From Octopus sinensis (lineage: Eukaryota), in the NCBI RefSeq assembly GCF_006345805.1, contig NC_043003.1:12214001-12278000 (forward strand): a DNA stretch of 64,000 bases, read 5' to 3'. A model generated the notes under the pieces. That model was not told where the DNA came from. It searched no databases and was given only the letters and a program-made list of their open reading frames with translations. Shown one piece after another: positions 63,553-64,000 of this stretch. A program made the translations under genes and the position numbers. Position 1 is the stretch's first letter; each line of letters begins with the position of its first letter.

Positions 63553-64000
63553 GTTCAGCCAACCATAAATAATGATACATGACCTTTGTGATAAAGGCCA
63601 AACTTTAAACTCAGATATTCTTTAATCTTGTTTTTATTAGCCTGCCAGCTTAGTAGCAGATGTTATTTTTCAAATTTATTTTAGCCAGGTTTTTAGCAGT
63701 TTGAAAAGTTTTATAGCTAATAACAAAACTGAGACATTCGTCAAATTACATTGAGCAGATTTCTGGTTTGAATCTTACACTAAATAACATCTACTATTGT
63801 CTACATTGTATACATGCAAAAGGCAAAGTGAGTAAGCATTATATGCAGCATATCAGTGTAATTTTACTGGTACAGTCTGCTATGAAGATGAGTGTTCCAG
63901 TTGATCTGATCACTGGAACAATCTGCTTGTAAAATTAATGTGAAAGTAGCTGAGCACTCCAAAACAGGCTTACCCTTAACCCTTTCATTGCCAACCTGGC

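Overview
AT-rich, repeat-dense eukaryotic DNA. The tRNA-derived SINE families, RTE-clade LINEs with (GAT)n tails and abundant (TA)n/(CA)n microsatellites point to an octopus (coleoid cephalopod) genome; this is an inference from repeat content. The window is almost entirely intronic to a + strand gene I cannot name. Two phase-compatible exons (13155-13209, 24726-24925) and weaker candidates (35818-35917, RGS-like; 55223-55402; 63438-63552) are visible. Most ORFs in the track are microsatellite or repeat artefacts. Real TE coding remnants are RTE reverse transcriptases (best copy 51324-53709, with a PHD-like finger inside the RT), a second RTE lineage (48316-49755), a rearranged mariner (26865-28086) and small CR1-like and Penelope-like fragments. 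The most interesting unexplained signals are: (1) several minimal type-I hammerhead-ribozyme motifs, one at the tip of a ~136-nt rod inside a multi-hairpin element (retrozyme/Penelope-like); (2) a 260-bp spacer-less palindrome; (3) a three-tier tandem array built from a LINE 3' end; (4) a locally templated inverted duplication with a 16-bp TSD; (5) a 40-bp-stem hairpin; (6) a SINE heterodimer under one TSD. All calls were made by eye; repeat boundaries are approximate unless TSD or TIR positions are quoted.
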